Below are positions 12,101 through 27,120 of a stretch of 64,000 bases of DNA, in pieces. The stretch's first letter is position 1, and each line of letters starts with the position of its first letter. The stretch is taken from contig NC_068991.1 of the NCBI RefSeq assembly GCF_001194135.2, forward strand, positions 9,703,141-9,767,140, in the 5' to 3' direction. This DNA comes from Octopus bimaculoides (taxonomy: Eukaryota). A model generated the notes under the pieces. That model was given only the letters and a program-made list of their open reading frames with translations, did no database searches and had not been told where the DNA came from. A program made the position numbers and the translations under genes.

Positions 12101-15100
12101 ATTGGTCAACTTGGGACTGTTGTAGAAGATGCTTGCCCAAGGTGCTGCACAGTGAGATTGAACTTGGAACCACATGATTGCATAAAAAATTTCTTAATCA
12201 TACGACCATTCTGCTGCTCATCCTATGTTTATTTTGCTTCAGTATTTTGGTTTGAGCTGTCTTCCCCTTCAATTCAAATTATTTGTTAAGTTTTTGTTGT
12301 GTGTCTCATTATCTACTTACCATTTTCTCTTTTAGAATTGGAACCACTAAGAAAGGAATTGGTCCAACATATGCCTCTAAGGTATGCAAAATCTGTTGTT
12401 GATTCTAAAATTCTGATAACTTCTGGCATTCTAATGATTTTTTTTTTTATATAAAGAAGTCTCATAAAATAAATATTTTACCCAGAAGTCTAATTTGTAA
12501 TTGCTTTTTTCACCTTTTGATTCTACTGAGCCACATCTTGGGAATGTGTGCATGTCGTCTAACATCTTTGGGTCGGCTAAAGCCATCCAAGTGCAATAGA
12601 GTTAACAGAAACTGTGTAGAAGACCATCAAACAGACTTAAGTTACTCTTGAGTGGTAGACTGTCTAACATCACCATTTAGCCCTTGTGAGCCTTCAGTAA
12701 CTAGTCCAAAGCTGCTAGTCTGGGATAACTCTACCCGTCATAAATGTTAGAGGTCTTATAGAAAGTCTATGACTAACCCATTTATGAGATCTTGTGTGAG
12801 AAGTTATCATTCAGTCTTGTCTTTTATTTGGATATACTATATTATCCAATATCCAGTTTAACTTTTCTTTTTTTATGGGTGTTTAGTTGCAATTTTTAGC
12901 AGGTTGAGTGAGCTTGTAGAAAATCTCTTGTTTGTATGTGAAAAGTTTGCTTGTTAGAATTTTGGCTGAAGTTTTAATTATTTTTTTCAATCAAAATGAA
13001 AAATAAAAGAGTATTAATCGACCAGTAATCTTCTATATGGTCAATTAACCTGCTAGAAATAGCAGCTGAATCTCCCATAAAACACATCCTTTTGTCTTAA
13101 ACATGATGGACATTGGATAATATCTCTGAATAAAACACAAAATACTAATGGCTTGAATTTGGTAATACATCTGCAGATTCAAGAGATGACTTGGTGTTAA
13201 ACAGTACTAGCGGCCAACATATATTGGTCTTTTGTTGAATCAGTTTCTAAACACCAGTTTCATAATTGCAGTAAAGTTATTCATTCAGAACAATAAACTT
13301 AATTATTTTATTAAATATCCTCCAAATTCTTGATAATTTTTCAAACTTAAAAGAAAAATTTGCATTAATTTAAAATTAACTGGTTGGTTGCCAAGTTAAT
13401 ATATTCCTTGGAGATATCAACATATCTCCTGTGGGAGCATCTACATGATTGCTTGACGTGCTAAACAGTCACCAATTCTCCCTCAAAGCACATCCCTGCC
13501 ATTTCAAAAGAGAAAATAAAATGGAGGGGGTGCATTATCAACACTATCCTAGGATTATAAAGGTGGGGGTTCTCAAAGTTAGAATTCTTTTTCATGATAT
13601 CTGTTCAGCTAATGCTGACCTAAAATCTTGAGATTTCTTTATACAATATATGTATGTATACACATATTGTATGTACATAAACTAAATAATGTTTTAATAT
13701 GATTGCTAGGCAACAAGGAATGGTCTGCGTATATGTGATCTTGTTGGTGATTTTAACCTATTTACAGAAAGGTAAGTATTTTCATGTCAATGATTTTGCT
13801 GTTGATATTTTCCTTATAACTTCATAAAATAGAATTGTTATATTTTCCTTTTATTGTTGTTACTGTGGAACATATTTAATATATACCATATACACTCAAG
13901 TCAAAGTCGATTTAAAAAAATTTTTTTAAGCAGCTTTTCGAGGGGTGGGTTTAAAAAGTATGGTGTCAACTATTGCATGAGCCCCTACTTCAAAAGATCT
14001 AAAATTCATATGTGAATGAATCCATAATATATCATTGGTGAAGTTCTTATTATATAAATGGTTAAAAATATATGAATTGTAGTGTTGCTTGTTCATTGAA
14101 AAACACATCTTACAGTCATCATCATTTAACATTGATTTTCCATGCTGGCATGGGTTGAATGGTTTGGCAGGATCCAGTGAGCTGCAAGGTTGCACCGTGT
14201 TCCTGCGTCAGCTTTGACATGGTTTCTATGGCTGGATACCCTTCCTTAATGCCAACCACTGTACAGTGTGTACTAGGTGCCATCAGTGGTAGTAAGGTTG
14301 CTGAATAACTAGCAAGAGAAGAAAAGAACAAGAAAAAATAAATAAAATAGTTTTTTTTTTCAACTAAGTGGGGAATGTACAGTGTGAACCGAAAGTCACG
14401 CACAAAATATGTTCAATATGCTCTGGAGTTGTTAAAGACATGCTTCAGTTTATCTAAAATTGAATGAAATAAAATAGTGATGAATACACGTGCTTGTACA
14501 TGATGAATAAATGACTGAATAATAATAATAATAATAATAATTTAAATAAAACGTCATGTTTTGGTGTGTGACTTTTGGCCCACCCTGTACTTGAGAGTGG
14601 GGAGTTGGCTTTACACTAGGTGTTGGGAGGTTAAAGTCTGACATACAAGCACAGGTGTCTTACTATAGAGGAGATGCATGACTACCCCACATTATATGTG
14701 GGTGGGCATTGTATCTCCTGTATAAGTAACATTTTCAAAAATCACAGGTCACATAACCCTTGGTAAATTGGTAAATATTTCATCTACTTTTTGCTTTTTG
14801 TTTTTTCACTGGTGAAAACCTGATACTTACCATCTAGCACTTGTCTTAAATCTAAAATTCCAGCCTAGTCTTCTTTAATTCCTGTTGTACATAAATTCAG
14901 ATGGCTTCATAAATGTGATACATGCTCCATTTTGACAAAACTATAAAATGCAGCTGCATGTACCAGGTAAATAGTACTCAATAAGTGTTCCAAGGAAACT
15001 ATATCTCAGCTGATCTGTGTACAGAGAAAGACTGCAAAAAGTGTGAAATATGTAAAATTGGTGGAAGATCTTGTAAAGTAAGAAATCAGTATTTACTTTG

Positions 15101-15501
15101 AGGAAAATTGTGTGTTGATATGATATAAATAAATGTCCAGTTGTTATTGGCCACCAGTACAGTGGTTACATCGTCAAATGGTAAGTTGACAAAGATTTGC
15201 TTTCAGGTTGTAATAATGTGTGTCAATAAGTATGTGAACCTTATAATGTTGCTTAACAACATTATAAAAAGGAATTTCTGTATCCTACCTTTATATGTAC
15301 AAATTCATAGGTTGATCTGTTATTTCTGAAATGCTAAGGCTGACTTTTACTTGTGATTTAAGAATTTATTTCTAACGAAAAGAAGTGGTGGAGGTAACTT
15401 TCAGATGGGGTCGACTTCACTTGAGTATATATGGTATATAGATACTGTTGGAATGTTAGAATATATTGTTATATGTTGTAGTGCACTGTATACAATAAGC
15501 T

Positions 15502-15558
<57 letters not shown>

Positions 15559-18500
15559 TATATGTATGAATGTATATTTTATATGCACTGTTTATNNNNN
15601 NNNNNNNNNNNNNNNNNNNNNNNNNNNNNNNNNNNNNNNNNNNNNNNNNNNNNNNNNNNNNNNNNNNNNNNNNNNNNNNNNNNNNNNNNNNNNNNNNNNN
15701 NNNNNNNNNNNNNNNNNNNNNNNNNNNNNNNNNAACTATGAAGGGAAAATGTTTTGTACCAAGATTTTAACACTAAATTAGGGATATGACTTATACATGA
15801 GTAAGTACAGTATATTACATTTTAATTATATATATGTATATACATATATATATATTTTGATGTTACCAGTACCGTTATTAATTTCTCTGGTGATTCAGAT
15901 AAACAGCCTACTGCTGGTACACACTGCTGGGAAACAACACAAAATCTGAGTAAGCTTTCTCATCTAGTTTGTAATCCGACCAAATTTTATTTTAGAAGAC
16001 TTCTACCTCCCAAAAAAAAAAAAAAAAAGAAAAAAGAAAGGAAAGAAAAAGAAAAGAGAGTTGTTTTGTTAAATCAATTTGTTTTGCCAGTTGCTATATT
16101 TTTACATGTTTCTCAGGGTAGTCCTACATGTTTGAGTATGGGGCTTCACATGTGGCCGTTGCTTTTGCAAGAAAGCAAGTTACATGCACACACATACCAC
16201 ACCATACACAAATATCTCTCTTTTCCACTTGTGAGTATATCTCTAGCTGACTTAGTAACTCTCTTGCTTGGCAAGGACCTTAACATGTTTTTGCTTCAGT
16301 GTTTTATCTCCTGTGTGTATCTATATTTGGTGGGATGGACAAGTCCCGAGATTCACTACCGTCTCTCCATTTCCATTTTTATTCACCTTATTTCTTTTTT
16401 TTTATTGTCCTTTCTAAAATTTGATCAATGAGTTTGTAGCAAATGCTGTTAAATGAATCACTATTTTTTTCTTTTTCTCATGTATTGTGACAGATATAAA
16501 ATTCTTTGTTCTGATTTGTTGAAGTTTTGTTTTTTAAATATTATATACACTCCTTTATATCATTCTTGCAGGGAGTGCACAGTGAGTATTTCAGCCCCAC
16601 TCTCATCTCTTTTCTACAAGCGTTTACACTAAACTTCAACTGTTATTAATTTTCCATTGTAGATTCAAGAATCTCATTGACTATCACAACACCTCATGTC
16701 CAGAGCTGACTTGGAATGTGGAAGAGGAACTGGGAAAATACAAGGTTAGCGCTTAATATTGATCTCTTTGTAGATAACAGAAAGGCAATTTGGACAGTAA
16801 TAACAGCTATGTGTAAACATTACATGCAACTCCTCTACAAGAACCTTTTCTGTACCCCACTTCTCTCATGCTTTAACCCCTCGTCCCTCAGCATAAAACT
16901 AACCCCATCCTTTTGCAGGGTTTGTAAGTCTTGTGAGTTGCATGGCAATTTCACTAGTGCCAGTGGCACAAAAAAAAAAAGAAAAAAAAAAGAAAATGAC
17001 ACTGCACATGCTGTAAAGTGGTTGGCATTAGGAAGGGCATCAGGTTGTAGAAACTATGCCAAAGCAGGCATTGGAATACAATGCAGTTCTTGGATGCATC
17101 AGATCCTGTCAAACAGCCAAACCCATCCCAGCATGAAACATCATCATCATCATCCTTTTATGTCTATTTTTCATGCTGGCATGGGTTGGATAAATAGATA
17201 CCATTGCATCAGCCAGGAATCAAACCTGGGCTGTCCACATGACAGGTGAGCATTCTACCAGATGATTATCACACACATACATGCCACATATATTACTTTA
17301 TTTTCCCCTTTTTTCTTTCTTGTGTAGATCTTGTGCAGCCAAAATAGTGGGATAATTCTTAGTGACATAAAACGGTAGTTGAGGCTTTAATGAAAATAAG
17401 TTTCTAAGTGCAGATTAAAATTAGTCAACAAAACATGACAACATTTAAGAGCAAGGTTTTATGTGACTGTGAATACAAGGTTATTTTAAATGCCACATGT
17501 TTAGAGTGGATAATTTTGCTGTGATAAAAATGAGAGAATAAACAGAGTTTTTAAGTGAACTGACAGAGATGAGTTACTGTTTGTTGTATTCATTCAGCTA
17601 AGCATCTACTAAATCACATGTTGAGATGAACTGAACAAAGAGTCTTGCTTGAAGTATAGATGTTGTCAATGCAACGGATGTGAAAGAATGTGTAGCTATT
17701 CTGTGACATTTGGATTGGTTTTGTAACTGTAAACAGTTATTTAAGCTGCATTGGTTTGTGTGTTTAATAGTTGGGCATTCACTTATCTACCCTTGTTCAT
17801 GCAACCTGTGTGAATTTGGCTTAGTCGTGCTAAAACACAAAAAAATATGTAGCTTGTGGTAGCTGCTGATAAATCTATAAATGGCTTGTGACAAGTAAAG
17901 CTGTAAATTCCCAATGTATCATGTCCGTTGGAGAAGTTGGATTTACAAGATTACAACACTGGTGTGTAAAGAAGTGGTATGTAACTTCCTAAATAGTTGT
18001 CTATCATGGCTGGTAAATAGTTGTGCTAATTGATCAATTCACTATGCAGGTGTCACCTTATGCACCATACCTTGCAATGATGGCTGAATGAAAAGTGGGA
18101 GCCATCAAAAAAAGCTATTGCAGTGAAAGCTGTCAAGGAAGGGCCTTCTGAATGGGGCAAGGATCTGAAATATAAAGGCATTCAATTCTGAGATAAGGGG
18201 TGCTGAAACCCATAAAGCCAAATGTGTGCTGTGTCTTTATACACTTGGAATGGTCCATAAGTTGTAATAAAAGTAATAATTTCTCTGAATCAGTGTTGTA
18301 AACATCTAGGCTATCTTAGCAGCATTGTAGGCCCCTGAGAAAATCTAATGTAATGGACCCAACAGTATTTATTTGACAGCAAGGCAAAGTATACATAGAC
18401 CAGAATTGGCCCCCTAGATCCATGGGGCCTTGAGGCAACTGTCCAATGTGCTCATACCTCAAGATGGCACTGACAAACAGTCTACATTCTTTTGAATATA

Positions 18501-19055
18501 GCAGTTTTAACAGCTTGTGTTCTTGAAAAGGAAAGCAGACAGTAAATTTTGGTATGAATTTTACATCTGCATACCCTTGTCACAAATAACATGGTAACAT
18601 GGACAGATGCACATGCTCACACACACATTATTGCTAAAACTGTGTTACAGACACTAGAGATTCTTTCAAGTAGCAGTTGTCTAATTTGCAAATATTAAAG
18701 CCCCCTCTCCCCATGCAATACTGCTTTTTTTTTTCCTCTTTGCATCCCTCTTTTAATGCAAAGACAAATTGAGTTTGCATTGATATAATTCTGTCTTTAC
18801 CAGGATGTTGAATATGTTTAAAAAGTGGGGAAAAACATGTTCGTTTTATTAAACATGTCTATTTGTCCACCCATTTTGCAATCTTCACAACCTCTTCTCT
18901 TAGTTGATTGAAACCCCACTCTTTTCTCACCTTCCTGTGAAAAACACTGCTCTGGTGTCAGGAAATATTTCACTTTAGGTGAGTCACTGATCTTCAAGAC
19001 ACTTCAAATAAGACCCTCCACATAACAGTACAATTCACATTTATAGGACTGCTGT

Positions 19056-19101
<46 letters not shown>

Positions 19102-22100
19102 CTCAAACTGAATTCAAATTATAACCATTTGATTGCTTGGTAGAAATTCACTCATTAATATACTACAACCACTGGCTTAACAACGTACAGTTACTTCTTT
19201 CACTGTTGCAATGGCCTCTTTTCCATTGAAGGAAATGTCATCTGGCTGGTGACTTTGATGTGGTTGATGTTTAATTTGAATTACTGTCAGCTGATGTTTG
19301 AACTAGATGATGTATGAAGGCAAACATTGGAAAAAAAAGAAACAAAGAAAGCGACCAGCCTTTGTTTCATTCTATGTCCATTGTTTTTGTGATGTGGTTC
19401 CTGGTGACACTCCTTAAATGTTTAATTGAATGCATTTAGGTCAAGGTAGAGAGTTCACTGCTGTGTGTGTTTGTGTGCATACACACACACACATACACAT
19501 TAATAAGATATCTCCCAGACAGCAATACTCTTACACCTTACGATACTAATAATCTGGCGTTAGAACTCAATTTACAGCTAATTTTGTTTTCCATTCTTAT
19601 TAATTTAATTTCATATTACACTCTGTAATTATGTGTGTGATATTGAACACTATACTCTAAATCATCAACATAATTATGTGTGTCTTCTCTTTGTATAAGT
19701 AAATACATATCTACTAAATGCTTTTTACAATGCATAGGATTATTAAATCACTGTATGAGCTGTAGATATTTCTCTCTTTCTATATATTTATCTACTATGA
19801 TGTGTGTATGTACATATATTTACTTGCATGTATATTTGTATGTATATATGAATACATACACACACACAATGGACTGAATGACAACATTGCATACGCATGT
19901 CTAAATAATTTTCTTATCTTGGATACATATTTATTTCAAGTTTTGTATATATGTACATATTTGTCTATATAAAATCAAAATAAGCAATAAGGATATCCAG
20001 AGGTAATGCAGTACGATTGTTTCATGCGACTCCATTTAATTGAACAATGTAAACATTACATCAAATATAAAATGTAGAGCAATCTTCAGCTGCACAAAGA
20101 CATAGAAATTTATTTGTGTATATATGTATATATGTATATGTAATGGTAAACTTACTTGGAAATGGATGCGTGGCGTTCAATTAACCCTTTCTTTACCAAC
20201 CCGGCTGAAACCGGCTCTGTCTGTTAGTACTGCCGGTGGCTCGTAAAAGCACCCACTACACTCTCAGAGTGGTTGATGTTGGGAAGGGCATCCAGCTGTA
20301 GCAACTCTGCCAGATCAGATTGGATCCTTGTCCAGCCATCCGGTTCACTAGTCCTCTGTTAAATTGTTCAACCTATGCTAGCATGGAAAGCGGACGTTAA
20401 ACGATGATGTTGATGATATATATATATAAGCCTATGTATATATATGTCTATGTATATATGCATATGTATATATACATAGATATACATATAATACATTAAT
20501 ATATATATGTATATATATATTGTCCAACCCATGCTAGCATGGAAAGTGGACGTTAAACAACGATGATGATGATATATATAATACATTGAAAGACTGCTTG
20601 AATCTTGCTTGCTTGCAATGTTACTCAGCAAAACTGGTGCATAATCGGGAAAATTTTATGAATTAAGTCCCTCCTGAACTGTAAATATGAATGGAATAAA
20701 ACAAATTTCCTGTAAATCAGACCAGTGGTTGTAGAGATACTAGTTGTTTTCACAGTATAAATACCTAAAATGGTTTATAGTAGGAAAAAATTCTGAAAGT
20801 AAACTTTACTTGAAAGGGAAGTAACTCTTACTTTTCGATTAGACACAATGACTTGATGATAAAATATGATTTGTTTTTTACACTAAATATTTCTCTTTTT
20901 GTTTTTGCTAAACACAATATGTTAATCATTTAGAAATATTTTTAAGGGAATGTGATTTCAAAAATGTGAGTTGTGTGTACAGTAACTATTTATAGTTTAG
21001 TCTTCTTGAAATAGACAGTATGTTTTTATTAATTAGTTTCAACTGAATACTGTTACAAAAATTTATTTTGGCAAATTTTAAAAATATTTTAAAGTGAAAA
21101 TGACCTCAAAAATACGGTAAATATTTTGTAAAAGACCCATTTGTAACCTCAGTGTAAAATAATTTTTTCTATAGGTTTTTTTCGAGTGCATTCAACGTAT
21201 CTCTCCTCCAAAGATTTTACTGCTATTTCTAGCAGACCCTGCTGCTATGTAACAGCTATTTGCAACAAAGGACCCAAAATACCTCTCACGTGGTTGAGGA
21301 CATGCAAGAAATAGCAGCCAAATCTTACCTTTTCTGGGGAAAGGAGCCGTTTACACGTGATTTCGATGTCACATTCATTGAAAGCATGCGAAATATCCTG
21401 GGAATGAAAAAAAAAACCCCACAAAACAGAACTTTGTTGCTGGGAAACTCAGACTTTCCTGGTGACCCAGCGGGTCAAGGGTAGTCTAGTACAGTGCTAC
21501 TCAAAGTGGTAATCTGCAGACCAGTGCTGGTACACGGAGAGTTGCTAGAAAAGAAAGAAGCATTGTAAAATGCTTATGTAAAATTGCATTGTTTGTTTAC
21601 AAAATAAATATAAGATAAAAAAAAAAAATTGTCAACATTTATTATATTCATTATATATACTGTTTCCTGTATAAATTAATATTACTAAGAAATATTACTG
21701 GTCCCTGATATAAAAAAAAAACAAAAAAAAACTACCGGAATGCCACATCCGATAGTTTGAGAAGCACTGGTCTAGTATATATTATATATATGTATGTATA
21801 CATATACATACATACGGATATATATATATATATATATATATCCATACATATATAATATTGTATGACTGCTCCCCACTACCCACACCCCCATCCTATTTTT
21901 CTAACCAGTTCCTACACTCATATTCTTGTTACTTGTAAGTATACCCTAACACTACACCATCTCTCTTCTGCTCTCTCTTACATTTTTGCTGTTTCTTACT
22001 CCCTCTTTCCCTTTGGTCACTCTCTCTGTCTCCTCTCTCTCGCTCACTGGCTGACCATGTACCTCCTCTATATCAAGGCATGTATTTCTGCCTCTATTTC

Positions 22101-25100
22101 TCTGATACACTCTAACCTTTCATCATTTGATACTGGTTTTTCCTCTTCCACAGATTCCTTCCATTTTTAAGTATCGATACTTCTTAGTGCAGCTGTCTTC
22201 ATCCATACACATCACATAACCATACCAGCGTACTTTCTCTTGCACACTACTTCTGATGCCTCTGATACTCAATATTTCTCTTACCAACTTTGCTCTCAGA
22301 GCATCCTCCTCCACTGCTAATTTGGTCACCTAGGTAACCAAAAATATCTACTACCTCTAAGGATCTCCCTGGGAACTGCCACACACAAAAACTACTCTCT
22401 CTGTTAACCTTCTTGTGGTTCTACGATACCTCATATGTGTCCATAGTTTGCCCTGGGTGCATTGGATGGAATTTCTACCTATACTTTTCCTACATGTTAT
22501 ATTGGGTTATTTCCCTCAAGGGATTAGTTATTTATTTGCTTCCCTGTTTACTAATATTTCAGTCTTTACAAAATTAACCTTTCGTATCAGACCTTGCTTC
22601 GACACTTGAAATTTCTTTTCTAATTCTACCATAGTTTTACTTACAAGAACAAGGCCATCAGCATAGAGAAGCTCCTATGAGTAACCAGTTTTTAATTCCT
22701 CTGTTATGGCCTGGAGGACTATGATAACCAAGAGTGGGGCTGAGAACTGAGCCTTGGTGAATTCCTACCTGCACACTAAATTCATTACTCATTGCTGACT
22801 TTCACCTTACTAACAGCATTCTTCTAGATATCTTGGACAGCTCTCACCAGCTACTCATCTACCTCTAGCTTCTGATGTGACCACCAGATGAAGAAGTGAG
22901 GGACTCTGTCAAAGGCTTTCTCCAAATTGATAAAAGCCAAGTACAGTAGTATATTTTTTGCTAAATACTTCTCCTGCTGTTGGCTTACTAGGAAGATAGC
23001 ATCAGTAGTGCTTCTTCCTGACGCAAAACCAAATCCTAACCTTAACCTACAAGAGATGTAGGTTAGCTCACTTCTTAATAGACTTCTATATTAACTCACT
23101 GCCGGCTAAACATTTCCTCTACTCCTTCCTGTTTTTGTTAGCTTCCTTTACATTGTAAAATTCTCTCATGTGAGACTTTGGTTCATTCAATCATTCATTT
23201 GCTAGCTGCCAATTATAAGATATGGAAATTGTTGCTGATTTTTCTCTCCTTCTAAATATGCAATATAACATTTCTGCTCACAAAAGCTGTGTATAAATCC
23301 ATTTACTCACTCACTCACTCATTTGTTTCACACACGTATGTACACACACACACACACACACACACACTATATATATATATATATATATATATATGTCAGT
23401 AAATAGTGGGGTTGTGTTAACTGCATGTGGAGAAATAATAGGAAAATCAAAAATAATAAATAAGGCAGAATGCTCAACTGGAAGCATATTTTAATAAAGA
23501 TTTCTAACCGGCTTTCATTGCAAAGCAAATTTTCAAGAAGAGGGAGAATGAAAATGTTTTTTACAAAGAAGTACAAAATGAAGAAAATAATATATAAAAA
23601 AATAAATATACCAATACATTATATTGTCTTTGAGCTTTTGAAGTTCAATGGTAATTCATGTATATAATGGTTGGAAAAATAAGGATGCATGAGAATTGAG
23701 AGTTGTGTTAGGTTTAAAGAAAAGGGNNNNNNNNNNNNNNNNNNNNNNNNNNNNNNNNNNNNNNNNNNNNNNNNNNNNNNNNNNNNNNNNNNNNNNNNNN
23801 NNNNNNNNNNNNNNNNNNNNNNNNNNNNNNNNNNNNNNNNNNNNNNNNNNNNNNNNNNNNNNNNNNNNNNNNNNNNNNNNNNNNNNNNNNNNNNNNNNNN
23901 NNNNNNNNNNNNNNACACCACACTTCCTGCTTAACACAAACTTTTAGCCCTTTTCTTTAAACCTAACACAACTCTCAATTCTCATGCATCCTTATTTTTC
24001 CAACCATTATATACATGAATTACCATTGAACTTCAAAAGCTCAAAGACAATATAATGTATTGGTATATTTATTTTTTTATATATTATTTTCTTCATTTTG
24101 TACTTCTTTGTAAAAGACATTTTCATTCTCCCTCTTCTTGAAAATTTGCTTCGCAACGAAAGCCGGTTAGAAATCTTTATTAAAATATGCTTCCAGTTTA
24201 GCATTCTGCCTTATTTATTATTTTTCATTTTCCTATATATTTATATCATCATCATCATATGTCTATCATCATCATTGTTTTGTCTTTGTCACTGTCCTCT
24301 TTGATGAGTCTGAGCGCCACATCTTTCTGTTATGTATAAATATATACATTTACGATTGGCTGTCAGCACACTATATATCTGTGTAGGTACATCTTATCTT
24401 GCATGTATAAACTGCATCTTTTGTGTTGCATTATTTAACACATTTTCTGCTTATATAATCTATTTCTTAACTCTTTGTTTTATAAATAATATGTCAAAAT
24501 TGTTAGAATGAAAGACAAAATGCCTTACAGTATTCAAATATAACCCTTTATTTTCCAAGTTCAAATCTTTCCAAATTCAGCTTATCATCCTTCGCAAGTT
24601 GATAAAATAAGTACCGGTCATATCCTAAGTTTGATAGAATCAACCGTTACCTCCACCCATGAAAAGTTCTGGCCTTGCACCTATGCTATGACTCCTCATT
24701 ATTTTTCTACATGTGAGTTCAAATCTTGCTAAGGCTTACTTGGCATTTTATTCTTCCAGGGATGTAGAATAAGTACCAGTTATATTGTATTGGATTGGAT
24801 TACCTATGTTCAACCCACTGCATGTTCTCTCCACCAACCGCACTCTTATGTGGAGGCCATGAATCTGAGCTTGAGATCATACTGGTTTGATGGGCCTACT
24901 CTGCCACTCAGGCTCAACATGACTTGGCAGAGGGGTGGTGCAGTTTTTATGCTCTTACCCAGGAGTAGTTAAGTTGATTACATCGACCCCAGCCCTCAGT
25001 TGCTACTTATTTTATTGACCCTGAAAGGATTAAAGGTGAAGTTGGCCAGTTATATATATTGGGGATCAATATTGTCAACTGTTCCCCTCTCCCCACAAGC

Positions 25101-27086
25101 TCTGCATGTGGGTTCAAATCTTACCATGGTCAATTTGCATTTTATTCTTCCAGGTTCAGTAAAATAGATACCAAAATATGACAAAGTTGATTAAATCAAT
25201 GCTGTTTCCCTACCCCCCACCCCACCTTTATGTGTGTCAGAAATTATTATTACTCTTCTTCCTGACCTGATCCACTTACTTCATCTCTTTACTTCCCATG
25301 GGGTACAGGCCATTGGCCACTTTGCTCTACCTTTCTTGACTCTGAGTTGTCTTTTCTGCTTCCTTCCAATTGGAAAGCCTTCTCGTAGATCTTCTTGGTT
25401 TTGAATTGTCATTGATCCTTCTGTAACTTTGCCATTTTTTTGGAAGAGGTGGTCCATATTGGTCTGGCCTCTGACCTTGACCTATTCAGCATGAGAGATT
25501 CCCTCAGGATCTTGCACTTTGCTGGCACAGCTCTCATGGCCATTGAGACACACAGACAAGCACATTGCAACAAGGATTGGACCTTGTGGTGGAGCCTAGT
25601 CCAGGATCCTGGGAAAAACATTTTTGGACACCCGACAGCTGTCACTGTATGCAAGTTTCCTTTCTTCACACCATCAATGTTTATCCAAAGTAAAGGTTTC
25701 AGATTCGACTGATAGAACTTGCACTGGTGCCGTTGCAGGCTTTGCTGTCAAAATGCAAAGAACTGAAACCGATGCCACAAACCATCTTGTCCACCTCTCT
25801 AACAGTTCCATTACTCTATCACCCTCGTTTGGTACTTTTATTCTATTGATCTTGAAAAATGAAATTGATCTCAATTGGATTTAAATACAAAGTTTAACAA
25901 ATACAAGGCACTCTGTCTGATTTTCTAACAACTGCCGATGTTATCACCATTTAAAGGACATTGCTACCCCTAATTCAGAAATAAAAATTCCTTGTTCAAA
26001 TCCAATCTTGAACAATGCACATGTCCAGGAATAAAACACCTGATAATGATCTGAGATCGAACCTGTTAAACTGTTGCATAGATGTAAATAAATGTTTCTT
26101 ATGTACACTAATTACATTAGTCAAGCTGGTGTCCTCATCTTGATAGTTACTTTCACTACATCTTGGCTGTTGTACACTCCAGCCTTCTTCAGGTGTCTTG
26201 TGTTGAACTCAGTTGTTGAGCAACAATCAAATTGAGGGTACCAGTCCGACTAATGTAAATATAAATTCCTCATCTCTGAAATAGAGAATTGTAAATTCTT
26301 TTTTTTCTTTTTTTAAATGCAAAGATAAAATTGTTTCAAAAATAATATTATTCTCTCATCTGGCATTTAAACATATAATCAGCACCCTTTTATTCTCATT
26401 TAGTAAATCACCTTTGCAAAATAACTCCCTGCTTAAGTCTTTAGTTCTTCATTCGAAGGGGGTTGGTGCCTTTTTGTAATGTAATTCCTTTATTTATTCT
26501 TCAGCCAACTAACAAGACTGTCAATAAATGATAAGGAGTTTGGTCTCCTTCGTCACAGGTCTCATTCTCTTCTTTTAGTTGTTACGAGAAAAGGTGAAAC
26601 CTTTTGTGGTAGACTCTGTCCTCTACCTGAATAATGCCATTAAAAATGGACGGAAGATTCTTATTGAAGGTGCTCAGTCAACCATGTTAGATATAGACTT
26701 TGGTAAGTAACATATTCATTATTTACATTCAGCTTTCTTTCTCTCTCTCTCTCTCATTACTTTATATACTGTATTTAATGGCAAAAAAATGCACTTTAAA
26801 TAAGCCCCCCCAAAATGTCTAAAACAATCACCTCAAGTACTATATATAAAGTTGGGCCTCCCATAAGCTCCTATTGGCTAGTTTTAATCCAGACGGTCTC
26901 TTCTACTTAGTCTGACCCCATTTATAATTACAAGCTTTTTAGATACAGTATTGTTTTCTGCTATAGCTAAAGTACTTTACTAATGTTTTGTAAATATACA
27001 ACTAGATTGGTTTAAATATGACATCCTTTACTGTACTAAAAACTTTTTTCCTAAAAGAGAATGTGTTTATGTATGTTTATGTATCA

Positions 27087-27120
<34 letters not shown>

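Noticed and set aside
16716-17249. 177-aa plus-strand ORF
   Set aside because: It overlaps the end of the ADSS exon in a different frame and then runs through intron and family D repeat sequence, with no independent coding signal.
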